64,000 bases of DNA from an uncultured Lentimicrobiaceae bacterium. GTDB lineage: Bacteria > Bacteroidota > Bacteroidia > Bacteroidales > F082. The position numbers and the translations under genes are program-made. Every line of letters starts with the position of its first letter. Positions within the stretch are counted from its first letter, which is position 1. Below, one piece after another: positions 45,078 to 53,979 of this stretch. The notes beneath the pieces were generated by a model. The model ran no database searches and was not told where the DNA came from. It saw only the letters and a list, made by a program, of their open reading frames with translations. The DNA is taken from assembly GCA_964549335.1 (NCBI GenBank), contig CAZJUQ010000054.1, positions 53,663 to 117,662 of the forward strand. The letters run 5' to 3'.

Positions 45078-48000
45078 TCAACTGTAAAGCCAAACTCTCA
45101 GCAAAGAGATAAGTTTTTCTTTTTCAACAGGTTTTGACAAATACTCGTTGGCACCGGCGGCGATACATTTTTCGCGGTCTTCTTTCATGGCTTTGGCAGT
45201 AAGGGCGATAATCGGCAAGTTTTTATATTTTTTCTCTTTTCTGATAAGACGCATCGCCTCGTAGCCGTCCATTTCGGGCATCATAATATCCATCAATATC
45301 AAATCGATATTATCGTTTTTGTGGAGTTTGTCGATAGCCTCTTTTCCGTTTTTTGCCACCACAACATTGGCATTGTATTCTTCGAGCAGACTTGTAAGGG
45401 CAAAGACATTCCGCATGTCGTCATCGACAATAAGAATGGTTTTCCCCTCAACAATATTTTCTTTTCCATGTGCTCCCTCCATCATTTTCTTTTTCTTTTC
45501 GGGGAAGTCGTCATCAATTTGATGCAAAAAGAGTGTTGTTTCGGCAAGCAGGCGTTCAAATGATTTTGCCCCTTTCAATATTATGCTTTGTGCATATTTT
45601 CTAAGCTTTTCGTTCTCTTCCTGAGAGAGGTCTTTGCTTGTGTAAATAACCACGGGTATGTTTTTCTGTTTTTCGTCGGCATTCATCTTTTCGAGCACTT
45701 CGTAACCGCTCATACCTTTCAATCCGAGGTCGAGGATAACACAATCGAAGTTACCGGAATTGAGTTTTTCAACAGCCTCTTCGCCGCTCTCAACCGATAC
45801 TATCTCTATTGACGAGTTTGCCATAAGTTCTTCAATGCTTTTTCTTGTAAGGGGCTCATCTTCGACTATCAGAAGTTTTTTTACCGGTTTATCGATAAAA
45901 TTTTCTATTTTATCAAATACCTCGTCCAATTGCGATTTGCTGACGGGTTTTGTTAAATATCCAATGGCTCCGTCTTTAAGGGCACTTATATCAAAGTCGC
46001 TCGACGAGATAATGTGAACCGGAATATTACGTGTTTTAGGGTTCTGCTTTAATACCGACAACACCTTTTTTCCGTCTATTCCGGGCAGTCTCATATCCAA
46101 AATTATCGCATTTGGTTTGTAATAATCGGCATGGTAAAGCCCAACTTCACCGGTATTTGCGATAATGCCTTTAAAACCGTGTTCGTGTGCAAGGTTCAAC
46201 AAAACTTTGGCAAAATTCAAATCGTCTTCGATAATGAGTATTGTTTTGTCTCCTTTTTTTATGGAATTGCGGTCGTCGGAAACGGGTTGGAGGTCTTTCT
46301 CTTCACCGTCATCAACTTTTTCAGAAGCATCTTTCAAGGTTTGATATGAGACACCTTCATTCTTAATTTTTTCCCTTGCTTCGGCTTTAGCCGTTTCGTT
46401 TTCAGCAGGTTTGTTTTCATCTGAATTACTTTCGCCGGTTTTCAGTTCGAACGGCAGGTATAGAATAAATTCGGAACCTTTACCCTCTTCGCTTTTCAAC
46501 CGCATAAATCCTCCGAGGAGTTCCGAAAAGTTTTTGGAAATACTCAATCCCAAGCCGGTGCCTCCATACTTACGGCTTGTGGTACCGTCGGCTTGTTTGA
46601 AAGCCTCGAAAATAAGGTCTTGTTTGTCTTTTGGGATGCCTATGCCGGTATCTATCACCGAAATTGCCACCATGGGCTTTTTGGTTTTTTCGTCGAAATC
46701 CTTTTTGATTTTAAAAGTTATGCTTCCCTTTTGGGTAAATTTTATGGCATTTGAGATAAGATTTTTTACTATTTGCTGAACGCGTTGAACATCGGTAATG
46801 AAGTATTCGGGGAGTTCAGGGTCTTTTTCAACTTTAAGTTCCAGTCCTTTTTCGTTTATTAAGGGTTCGAAGGTTCCTTTGATAAAATCGATAAGGTGGT
46901 CGAAATAGAGGCGTTCGGGAATAAGTTCAATGGCACCCGATTCTATTTTGGAGAGGTCGAGGATATCATTAATCAAATCGAGCAAATCGAGACCCGAAGA
47001 ATTAATGGTCTTGGCAAATTCCTGTTCTTTTTTGTCGAGGTGGTTTTTTTTGTTTTCGTTAAGCAATTGCGAAAGCACAATAATACTGTTGAGGGGTGTA
47101 CGTAGTTCGTGCGACATATTGGCAAGAAACTCCGATTTATAAAGGCTTGCAATTTCAAGGTCGCGAGCTTTTTGTTCTATCTCTTTACGTGCTATTTCCA
47201 GTTCCCGGTTTTTCTTACGTATGGCGTCGCGCTGAATTTCAAGGGCTTTTGTTCTCTCTTCAAGTTCTTCGTTAGTAACTTTAAGCTCTTCCTGCTGTTC
47301 TTGCAAATTTCTTTCCGACTGGCGCAGAGCTTCGGTCTGTTCTTGCAACTCTTCGTTAGCCTGCCTCAGTTCTTCTTGTTGTACTTCGAGTTCTTTTGCC
47401 TGCTGTTGCGTGCGCTCGAGCAACTCTTTTACCTTAATATGTGATTGCAGGGTTATGATTGCAAGGGCAATATCCTGAATTGCCAAATCGAGGAAATAGA
47501 GTTGGAGTTCGCTAAATCCGGTAACCGTAGCAAGCTCCATAACTCCCACCACTTCGTCTTTGTACGAAAATGGTACCACTGCAATCTGCTTGGGCAATTT
47601 CTTTTCCATGCCGAGGTCCAATACCAAGTCGTTATCTTCCGACGCCTTGATAATTATTCTTTTTTTATCTTTAAAGGCTTGTCCTATAATTCCTTGACCC
47701 GGCAAAACCTTTTTCGACAAACCTTTATGGTTTTTCGGAATTGCATATGTTGAGGTAAGTTTCAGGTGGTCGTCGTTGAAAAGGTAAAGCAAACCTGCCT
47801 GAGCTTCTATATAACGGGCAAAAAACGAGATAATTCCGTCGGCAAGTTCATCGATATTGAGTTTTCCTTTAAGCACTTTGTCAAGTTCGTTAAGACCGCT
47901 TTTAATCCAATCTTGTTTTTTAAACTCATTACTGTTTTTCCTCAGCGTTTCGGTCATTTTGTATAGTGCCTTACCGAGCGAGTCGTTTTCGCTGCGCGGT

Positions 48001-49463
48001 TTTATTATGGTATCGTAATCGCCTTCGGCAATACTGTTCGCCTGTTTTACAACACTGCGAAAACTTTCCACCATTTGGTTTATCGATTTTGCCAGCACGT
48101 CGTCTTTGCTTCGTTCGGTAACCTTTTCGGAGAAATCGCCCTTAGCCACAAGTCTTGCTATGTCGGCATAACGTTTGAGTGCGTTAACCAAATTGGTAAA
48201 GGTATCGCGCATCTCTCCTATTTCGTTTTTGGGAGCTTTTACACTTTTTACAACCAATTTTCCGGTGGTAATCTGTTTTGCCCACGACGACAGTTGCTTA
48301 ATGGGGTTAACAAACCAACGCGTAACAAGTATGGATATTAAGAAGACTACAATTATTGTAATGATAAAAGAAACCTTAACCATATTTGAGAGGCGGCGGG
48401 CATATGCAAAAGCTTCGGAGTGTTCAATCTCTTCAATAAGAGCCCAATGCAATCCGTATTTTTCAAGTTCGTTAAGATTCCGGTAAATACCGAGGACATA
48501 TTTCGATTTGTTATCGGCGTTGTAGGTTGTAACACGTTCGATATCCAGTTCGTTACGTTTGAGGTAGAGTTTATCGTTCCGGTGGTGTAGGAAATCGCGC
48601 CAAGCTAAAGTTTTATCGTTTTTGATTTGCCGTTTCAAGATTTCCGACTCGTTGCCAAACCTTGTAGCGGAACGCAGGTAGAGGTCGTCGCCAATAATAA
48701 AGGCATCACCGGTTTTCCCGTATCCGGCTTCCTGTTGTATCATTTCGTTGATAATGTTCATCGTTACCTGCAGGGCAAGCAATCCCGTAACTTTCCCTTC
48801 ATTATTGATAATAGGTTTGATAAAGAATCCCGAAATGATGTTGTAGCTCGGTTTGTAATGTTCCAAATCGGAGAACAGTATCTTTTTTTCTTCGGCGGCT
48901 TTACGTGCCGTTTTTGCAAATTTTGTTGCGTTAATTTCACTTTTGTAGATATTATATCCCAAATCCTCATCTTTTTTTGTGCGGAAAAGAATATTTCCTC
49001 CGGCATCGATGTAAAGGATATCGTAGAAATCTTGCAATTTCAATGAGTAGGTAAACTCTTTTTTCAGTTTTTTGGCAATTGAATCGTATTGTGCCGTTTT
49101 TACAAATTCACCTGCAGGGAGGCCGCTTTTTTTAAAAGCCTGTTCCAAACTATAGAATTGTTTAAGTTTTTGGGGCGAGTTGGCATTTATTTCAAGGAAA
49201 TTGGAAGCCTCGTCGAAGAAAGTGTATATATACCTCATACGCAGTTGCGAAGATGCGTTAAGCGATTTTTCGGCAACAATTGTCAAACCCTGATAAGCAT
49301 TTAAAAAGTTGATAAAACTAACAATGGCAAGAGGCACGAACGAAATGGCGAGAAACCATATCAACAATGATTTTCCCACACCAATGTATCTCCACGAACG
49401 CAATGAATATTTAAGTCGTTCCCATTTTGTGGCTTCGTTATAGTCGAGGTAATCTTTTTCCAT
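45078..49463 (-). CDS. large hybrid sensor kinase: TM - Cache-like sensor - TM - HAMP-like repeats - GAF - 102-aa E/Q coiled coil - HisKA - HATPase - REC x3
   Basis: TM at ~30-55 and ~365-385 flank a ~300-aa extracytoplasmic region. HAMP-like repeats (GDFSEKVTERSKDDVLAKSINQM; GDYDTIIKPRSENDSLGKALYKM). GAF-like ...VVGVMELAT. H-box [10 protein letters not shown]; [12 protein letters not shown]. RECs: IILDMRLPGIDG, VILDLGLKGMSG, LILMDIMMPEMDG. Confidence 0.9.
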   Translation of the reverse strand: MEKDYLDYNEATKWERLKYSLRSWRYIGVGKSLLIWFLAISFVPLAIVSFINFLNAYQGLTIVAEKSLNASSQLRMRYIYTFFDEASNFLEINANSPQKLKQFYSLEQAFKKSGLPAGEFVKTAQYDSIAKKLKKEFTYSLKLQDFYDILYIDAGGNILFRTKKDEDLGYNIYKSEINATKFAKTARKAAEEKKILFSDLEHYKPSYNIISGFFIKPIINNEGKVTGLLALQVTMNIINEMIQQEAGYGKTGDAFIIGDDLYLRSATRFGNESEILKRQIKNDKTLAWRDFLHHRNDKLYLKRNELDIERVTTYNADNKSKYVLGIYRNLNELEKYGLHWALIEEIEHSEAFAYARRLSNMVKVSFIITIIVVFLISILVTRWFVNPIKQLSSWAKQITTGKLVVKSVKAPKNEIGEMRDTFTNLVNALKRYADIARLVAKGDFSEKVTERSKDDVLAKSINQMVESFRSVVKQANSIAEGDYDTIIKPRSENDSLGKALYKMTETLRKNSNEFKKQDWIKSGLNELDKVLKGKLNIDELADGIISFFARYIEAQAGLLYLFNDDHLKLTSTYAIPKNHKGLSKKVLPGQGIIGQAFKDKKRIIIKASEDNDLVLDLGMEKKLPKQIAVVPFSYKDEVVGVMELATVTGFSELQLYFLDLAIQDIALAIITLQSHIKVKELLERTQQQAKELEVQQEELRQANEELQEQTEALRQSERNLQEQQEELKVTNEELEERTKALEIQRDAIRKKNRELEIARKEIEQKARDLEIASLYKSEFLANMSHELRTPLNSIIVLSQLLNENKKNHLDKKEQEFAKTINSSGLDLLDLINDILDLSKIESGAIELIPERLYFDHLIDFIKGTFEPLINEKGLELKVEKDPELPEYFITDVQRVQQIVKNLISNAIKFTQKGSITFKIKKDFDEKTKKPMVAISVIDTGIGIPKDKQDLIFEAFKQADGTTSRKYGGTGLGLSISKNFSELLGGFMRLKSEEGKGSEFILYLPFELKTGESNSDENKPAENETAKAEAREKIKNEGVSYQTLKDASEKVDDGEEKDLQPVSDDRNSIKKGDKTILIIEDDLNFAKVLLNLAHEHGFKGIIANTGEVGLYHADYYKPNAIILDMRLPGIDGKKVLSVLKQNPKTRNIPVHIISSSDFDISALKDGAIGYLTKPVSKSQLDEVFDKIENFIDKPVKKLLIVEDEPLTRKSIEELMANSSIEIVSVESGEEAVEKLNSGNFDCVILDLGLKGMSGYEVLEKMNADEKQKNIPVVIYTSKDLSQEENEKLRKYAQSIILKGAKSFERLLAETTLFLHQIDDDFPEKKKKMMEGAHGKENIVEGKTILIVDDDMRNVFALTSLLEEYNANVVVAKNGKEAIDKLHKNDNIDLILMDIMMPEMDGYEAMRLIRKEKKYKNLPIIALTAKAMKEDREKCIAAGANEYLSKPVEKEKLISLLRVWLYS

Positions 49464-49479
49464 GTTAAGAAGTCTGTTC

Positions 49480-51525
49480 TTAATTAATGTGTTCTTCTAT
49501 CATTTGATACAGGATATTTGGGTTTACCGGTTTGGAGATATAATAATCCATACCGGCGGCAAGGCACTTTTCCTTATCGCCTTTCATGGCATGTGCAGTC
49601 ATGGCAATAATCGGTATGTGTAAGCCCTTCTCTTTTTCAAATTCTCTTATCTTTTCTGTTGCTTCAAAACCGTCCATTTCAGGCATTTGCACATCCATAA
49701 GTATTAACGAGTAAGCTTCGGGATTTTCTTGTACCGCTTGGAGCGCCAACTTACCGTTTTCGACGGCTTTAGCGTCGTAACCCTTTTTTGCAAGCAGTTG
49801 CATTACTATTTTGCGGTTTATAATTTGATCTTCCGCCACCAGTATTTGCTTTCCGTTTCCCGCTTTCGATTTTCCTGTTTTTGTCTCTTTTCCCTGTTTT
49901 TTCTTCGGAGTTCCGGCAATTTGAGCATCTTCGTGAAAACCCTGAAGGCTGTCCGATTCGAGAAGGTTGCGCAATGTATTTTGCAAAACCGGTTTCATCA
50001 TAAAACCGAAATTAGCTTGCTTTCGTATTTTATCCAGTTCGACACTGGCTTTTACATGTGTAAGGAAAACGATGTTGTCGAGCGACTCTTTTTTTACCTT
50101 TTTTATTTTTTCGATAATGTTGTTTACAGGTAAATTGTTTAACGAAAAATCTATAAACATTATATCGTAATTCTCTTTTTCCAGCTTACCGATAAGTTCA
50201 TCTATTCCGGAAACCGCAACGGCATTAATATTCCAAAAATCAAAAAGTTTCAACATAATATTTCGCGGCTCTTCAAGGTCGTCGGCGACAAGAACTTTAA
50301 ATTCGCTTGCAGGTTTTTTCAGGTCGATTTTTTTCAAATCGGACTTTTGGTCGCCTGTAATCATGTTCAAGCTGAAAAAGAATTTGCTTCCCTTACCGGG
50401 CTGGCTTTCCACCTCTATTTTACCGCCCATAAGTTTAACGAGCATTTGTGCAATGTTAAGTCCGAGTCCGGTACCTCCGTGTTTGCGTGTTGTGTTCGAA
50501 TTAGCCTGAGTGTATTTTTCAAAGAGCTTCGGTATTTCGTCTTTTGGAATACCTATTCCGGTATCTTCAACGGCAAAAAATATTCTAACCTGCTCCTCCA
50601 CAAAGTCTTTCATCTCCACAACAAGTTTCACCACGCCTTTATCGGTAAATTTCACAGCATTGCTCAACAGGTTTGTCAATATTTGCCTTAATCTTAGCGG
50701 GTCGCCGATTATTACGTCGGGGATATCCGGCGACATATCTACAATCAATTCAATATCTTTCTGTTGTGCATGAACCGAGATAATCTTAAATACTTTTTCG
50801 ATAACATCCCTGATACTAAATTCAACCTCTTCAAGGTCGAGTTTTTCGGCTTCAATTTTCGAAATATCCAAAATGTCGTTAATAATTTCGAGGAGGGTAT
50901 AACCCGAGTTTTTAATGTCTTCGAGTCTTTCGCGCTGCATGGGGGTAAGGTCTTCATCCATTAAGCCCAAATCGGCCATACCGATAATTCCGTTGAGGGG
51001 TGTACGTATTTCGTGACTCATTGATGCCAGAAAGGCACTTTTGGCGCGTGTGGCTTCTTCGGCCATCATTTTTGCAGCATGCAACTCCTCCACGGTACGT
51101 TGCAGTTTTTCGGTGGTTTTTTGGAGTTCCTCCTTGTGTTTGAAAAGTTCGAGATAGGCGTTTATTTTGCTTTTTAAAATTTCCAGATCAAGGGGTTTGT
51201 AGAGGTAGTCAACGGCACCCGATTCGTATCCTTTGAAAATATGTTGGCGCTGTTTGCTTATAGCGGTCACAAAAATTATGGGGATATGTTTTGTACGTTC
51301 GCTGCTTCGCATTATTTGTGCGGTTTCGAAACCGTCCATTCCCGGCATCTGTACATCCATAAGCACAAGAGCCACATCGTGCTCAAGCAACAATCCCAAG
51401 GCTTCATTTCCCGAGTTGGCTTTTATAATGTTCATTTCGGGGCTCTCCAAAATTCCTTCAAGAGTTAAAAGGTTTTCGGGACGGTCGTCCACTATAAGAA
51501 TGTTATACTTTTTTTTATCGCTCAT
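49480..51525 (-). CDS. hybrid histidine kinase: REC - coiled coil - HisKA - HATPase - receiver-like - REC
   Basis: [13 protein letters not shown]; H-box [10 protein letters not shown]; [12 protein letters not shown]; degenerate receiver (VLVADD...IMFIDFS); C-terminal [19 protein letters not shown] 51525 gives [14 protein letters not shown]; the track start at 51612 is a TTG. Confidence 0.9.
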   Translation of the reverse strand: MSDKKKYNILIVDDRPENLLTLEGILESPEMNIIKANSGNEALGLLLEHDVALVLMDVQMPGMDGFETAQIMRSSERTKHIPIIFVTAISKQRQHIFKGYESGAVDYLYKPLDLEILKSKINAYLELFKHKEELQKTTEKLQRTVEELHAAKMMAEEATRAKSAFLASMSHEIRTPLNGIIGMADLGLMDEDLTPMQRERLEDIKNSGYTLLEIINDILDISKIEAEKLDLEEVEFSIRDVIEKVFKIISVHAQQKDIELIVDMSPDIPDVIIGDPLRLRQILTNLLSNAVKFTDKGVVKLVVEMKDFVEEQVRIFFAVEDTGIGIPKDEIPKLFEKYTQANSNTTRKHGGTGLGLNIAQMLVKLMGGKIEVESQPGKGSKFFFSLNMITGDQKSDLKKIDLKKPASEFKVLVADDLEEPRNIMLKLFDFWNINAVAVSGIDELIGKLEKENYDIMFIDFSLNNLPVNNIIEKIKKVKKESLDNIVFLTHVKASVELDKIRKQANFGFMMKPVLQNTLRNLLESDSLQGFHEDAQIAGTPKKKQGKETKTGKSKAGNGKQILVAEDQIINRKIVMQLLAKKGYDAKAVENGKLALQAVQENPEAYSLILMDVQMPEMDGFEATEKIREFEKEKGLHIPIIAMTAHAMKGDKEKCLAAGMDYYISKPVNPNILYQMIEEHIN

Positions 51526-51599
51526 CGTATTTTGAAATTTCAAATATTTATGAACTATCGTTCGTTCGTTTCCGTAATAAAAAATTAAAAAGGTATAAG

Positions 51600-51607
51600 C
51601 AAAAATA
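51600..51607 (-). promoter_or_regulatory. candidate -7 box (TAnnTTTG) for the kinase/CheR/CheB operon
   Basis: Minus strand TATTTTTG, 74 nt upstream of ATG 51525. Confidence 0.4.
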
Positions 51608-51716
51608 AACAAAAATTTTGTTTTTGGAAATTTACAAAAAATTATCGGGTTTAAATTTCAACCGGCATGTCAAAAGGCAACAAGCCAGACAATTAACAAA
51701 AACCCGCAACATACGT

Positions 51717-51739
51717 AAAAAGAAAACGGCATATTGCCG
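51717..51739 (-). terminator. small hairpin plus T-tract after the redoxin gene
   Basis: CGGCA-TAT-TGCCG (51727-51739). On the minus strand it is followed by TTTTCTTTTT. Confidence 0.5.
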
Positions 51740-51770
51740 GATATGGGGCGGAGAGAATAAAAAGCTCCTG

Positions 51771-53153
51771 TTAACGCTTGTAATGGTCGAGAAAATCGTT
51801 AATATGTTTTGCCGACAACTGCTTGGCAATTATTATTTTGTTTTTGTCGAGCAGGTAAATAACAGGAGTACCGTGGATATCGTACAGTTTATTGAAATTA
51901 CCTTTTGCACTCCGGGTGCCGTTTACGTTTATCCAAGGCAGGTTTCTGTCTTTAACGGCTTTTTTCCAATTATCCAAATCGGGATTTATATTTACGGCAT
52001 AAATTTCAACATCATATTTCGGATTTTTGTAGTACTTTTTCAGTTGATTAATTTCGCGTTTGCAGATACCGCATTTATAGTCCCAAAACAGCAACAACGT
52101 ATATTCATTGGGAATTGATTTAAACCCCACGTAGTTTCCCGAAGTATCCATTAAAATAAGTTCGGGGGCGGGCTTGCCTATAAGCAAGGGGCGTAATTTA
52201 TCAGCCCGTTCGGTCAAAAGTTTTTTTATTGATTCGGTAGTATTCTCAATATCCTCGTTTTTGAAATATTTATCCACAAGATGAACAAACACCTTATCGA
52301 AGCCCATATATTTGGGGTTTTGATATTCGGCCACAAAATGCCAAACAAGCCAGCTGACATTCTGCATCGAAGGACGTGCTTTTGCAATGATACCGTCAAT
52401 TTCTTTTATAACGGAATCGGGGTCCAAAGGGACAAGTTGTTTAAAATAGTTGGTAACCTTTTTGCTGTAAAGCGGAGTATGCAACAGGCGGGGGTCGCTA
52501 AGGTCAAAATTATCCCAGTAATGTTTTTTCAGATAGTGATATGCAAATAACGAATCGTTCGTAATGGTATCTTCCGGCACCTCAATCTCACGCATTCCGT
52601 TTAATATTCTCGAAACAAACAAGCCGGGATATTTGTTAATAACACTTATTTTATAATTGATACTCTCTTTGTTTACCGAATCGAAACGCGCTTTTACAGT
52701 TTTGTATTCTTCGCTATCCTTGTTCAGGGTATCGAGCGATTTTCCCAATTTTTTTACCAAGGCAAACTGTTTTTCGTTGTATTTGAGATAATCGTAAAAG
52801 AGAGTGTTTTCAGGACTGTTTTTTACTTTTACCGAATTTGTGTAATCGGTTGTATCCGCAGTAATTGTAAATTGTTGGTTTTTGTTTACAATAAATTCCA
52901 GCAATTTGACTTTTTTTGTTGAAACCACCATGTAAATACCACCTGTCAATGGTTTGTCGCCCGCAAAGACAAATTTCTCTTTTGATTTTGAAAAAGCCGT
53001 ATCTACAAGCCGTATCTTATCGCCATAATAGGTAGCGAGCAACAGACTCGAATCTTGAAAATGATTTATCTTTACAGTAATATTATAGCCCTCTTGCGAA
53101 AAAAGCTGATAAGAAAACAATGTAAAAAGGATTAAAACCAACTTCTTTTTCAT
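51771..53153 (-). CDS. TlpA/thioredoxin-like redoxin with N-terminal accessory domains
   Basis: Signal peptide. C-terminal thioredoxin fold with TLLLFWDYKCGICKRE (CxxC = CGIC) and ...GTPVIYLLD. The track start at 53159 is a TTG; ATG at 53153. Confidence 0.75.
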   Translation of the reverse strand: MKKKLVLILFTLFSYQLFSQEGYNITVKINHFQDSSLLLATYYGDKIRLVDTAFSKSKEKFVFAGDKPLTGGIYMVVSTKKVKLLEFIVNKNQQFTITADTTDYTNSVKVKNSPENTLFYDYLKYNEKQFALVKKLGKSLDTLNKDSEEYKTVKARFDSVNKESINYKISVINKYPGLFVSRILNGMREIEVPEDTITNDSLFAYHYLKKHYWDNFDLSDPRLLHTPLYSKKVTNYFKQLVPLDPDSVIKEIDGIIAKARPSMQNVSWLVWHFVAEYQNPKYMGFDKVFVHLVDKYFKNEDIENTTESIKKLLTERADKLRPLLIGKPAPELILMDTSGNYVGFKSIPNEYTLLLFWDYKCGICKREINQLKKYYKNPKYDVEIYAVNINPDLDNWKKAVKDRNLPWINVNGTRSAKGNFNKLYDIHGTPVIYLLDKNKIIIAKQLSAKHINDFLDHYKR

Positions 53154-53172
53154 ATGCAAAATATTTTACCTG

Positions 53173-53180
53173 CAAAGGTA
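53173..53180 (-). promoter_or_regulatory. candidate -7 box (TAnnTTTG)
   Basis: Minus strand TACCTTTG, 19 nt upstream of ATG 53153. Confidence 0.4.
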
Positions 53181-53263
53181 ACCAAATGAGGACAATCTCA
53201 TAAAGCATTATTAGTTAAAATATAAAAAATTATTTGTCCCGGTTAATTTTTCCCGAATTAATA

Positions 53264-53271
53264 TATTTTTG
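53264..53271 (+). promoter_or_regulatory. candidate -7 box (TAnnTTTG)
   Basis: TATTTTTG, 21 nt upstream of ATG 53293. Confidence 0.45.
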
Positions 53272-53292
53272 TAAATTAAATAACCGGCCGTA

Positions 53293-53964
53293 ATGAAAAA
53301 ATTTTTGACGCTTCTGTTTGCTATTATTTCGTTAACCGGATTTGCACAACACAAAGCCGTTCAATCGGGTTTCCGGGGCGGAACCGGTGCGGTGTGGTTT
53401 ACCGGCGATATGAAAGAGGTAAAAAAAAACGGCATGAGTATCGGCGGCTCGTGGGGATTTGTCGTCGATATTTTTTTAATGGAAGGCTATTGGCTAAACA
53501 CCGGTTTCAACATACTGTATCTAAACGGTAAATTATCCGCCGAAGGCGATGCCGTACTGCCCGACAGCACAGTTGTTTCAGGCAACTACGATATTAAGTT
53601 ACGCGCAAAATACGCCGAAATTCCTGTTGTTTTAAGCATGAAAACCAAAAACATAAACGGTTTTTTCAGAATATACGGACAAATCGGATTCGGTTTTGCA
53701 TATCTGTTGAAAAGTGACGGCAGTCAAACATTCGGAAGCGACGACGGGTCTTACTCGTTTGAAAATGATTTGCCGGACGGTAAAGCCTCTCTTCGCTCCA
53801 CAAGGGAGTCGCTGTTGCTTGGTGCCGGAATGGAGTTTCCGGTGGCGGGCTCCACATACATAAGAACGGGATTGCGTTTCGACAATGCTTTTATCCCTGT
53901 TTTTCACAATGACAACAAGGGAAAAAATCAAATTTTAGAGGTAAATGTTGCGGTAATTTTTTAA
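53293..53964 (+). CDS. outer-membrane beta-barrel (porin-family/PorT-like) protein
   Basis: Signal peptide MKKFLTLLFAIISLTGFAQ. Alternating beta-strand pattern; C-terminal ...LEVNVAVIF. Confidence 0.7.
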   Translation: MKKFLTLLFAIISLTGFAQHKAVQSGFRGGTGAVWFTGDMKEVKKNGMSIGGSWGFVVDIFLMEGYWLNTGFNILYLNGKLSAEGDAVLPDSTVVSGNYDIKLRAKYAEIPVVLSMKTKNINGFFRIYGQIGFGFAYLLKSDGSQTFGSDDGSYSFENDLPDGKASLRSTRESLLLGAGMEFPVAGSTYIRTGLRFDNAFIPVFHNDNKGKNQILEVNVAVIF

Positions 53965-53979
53965 TAAAAACGGATTGTT

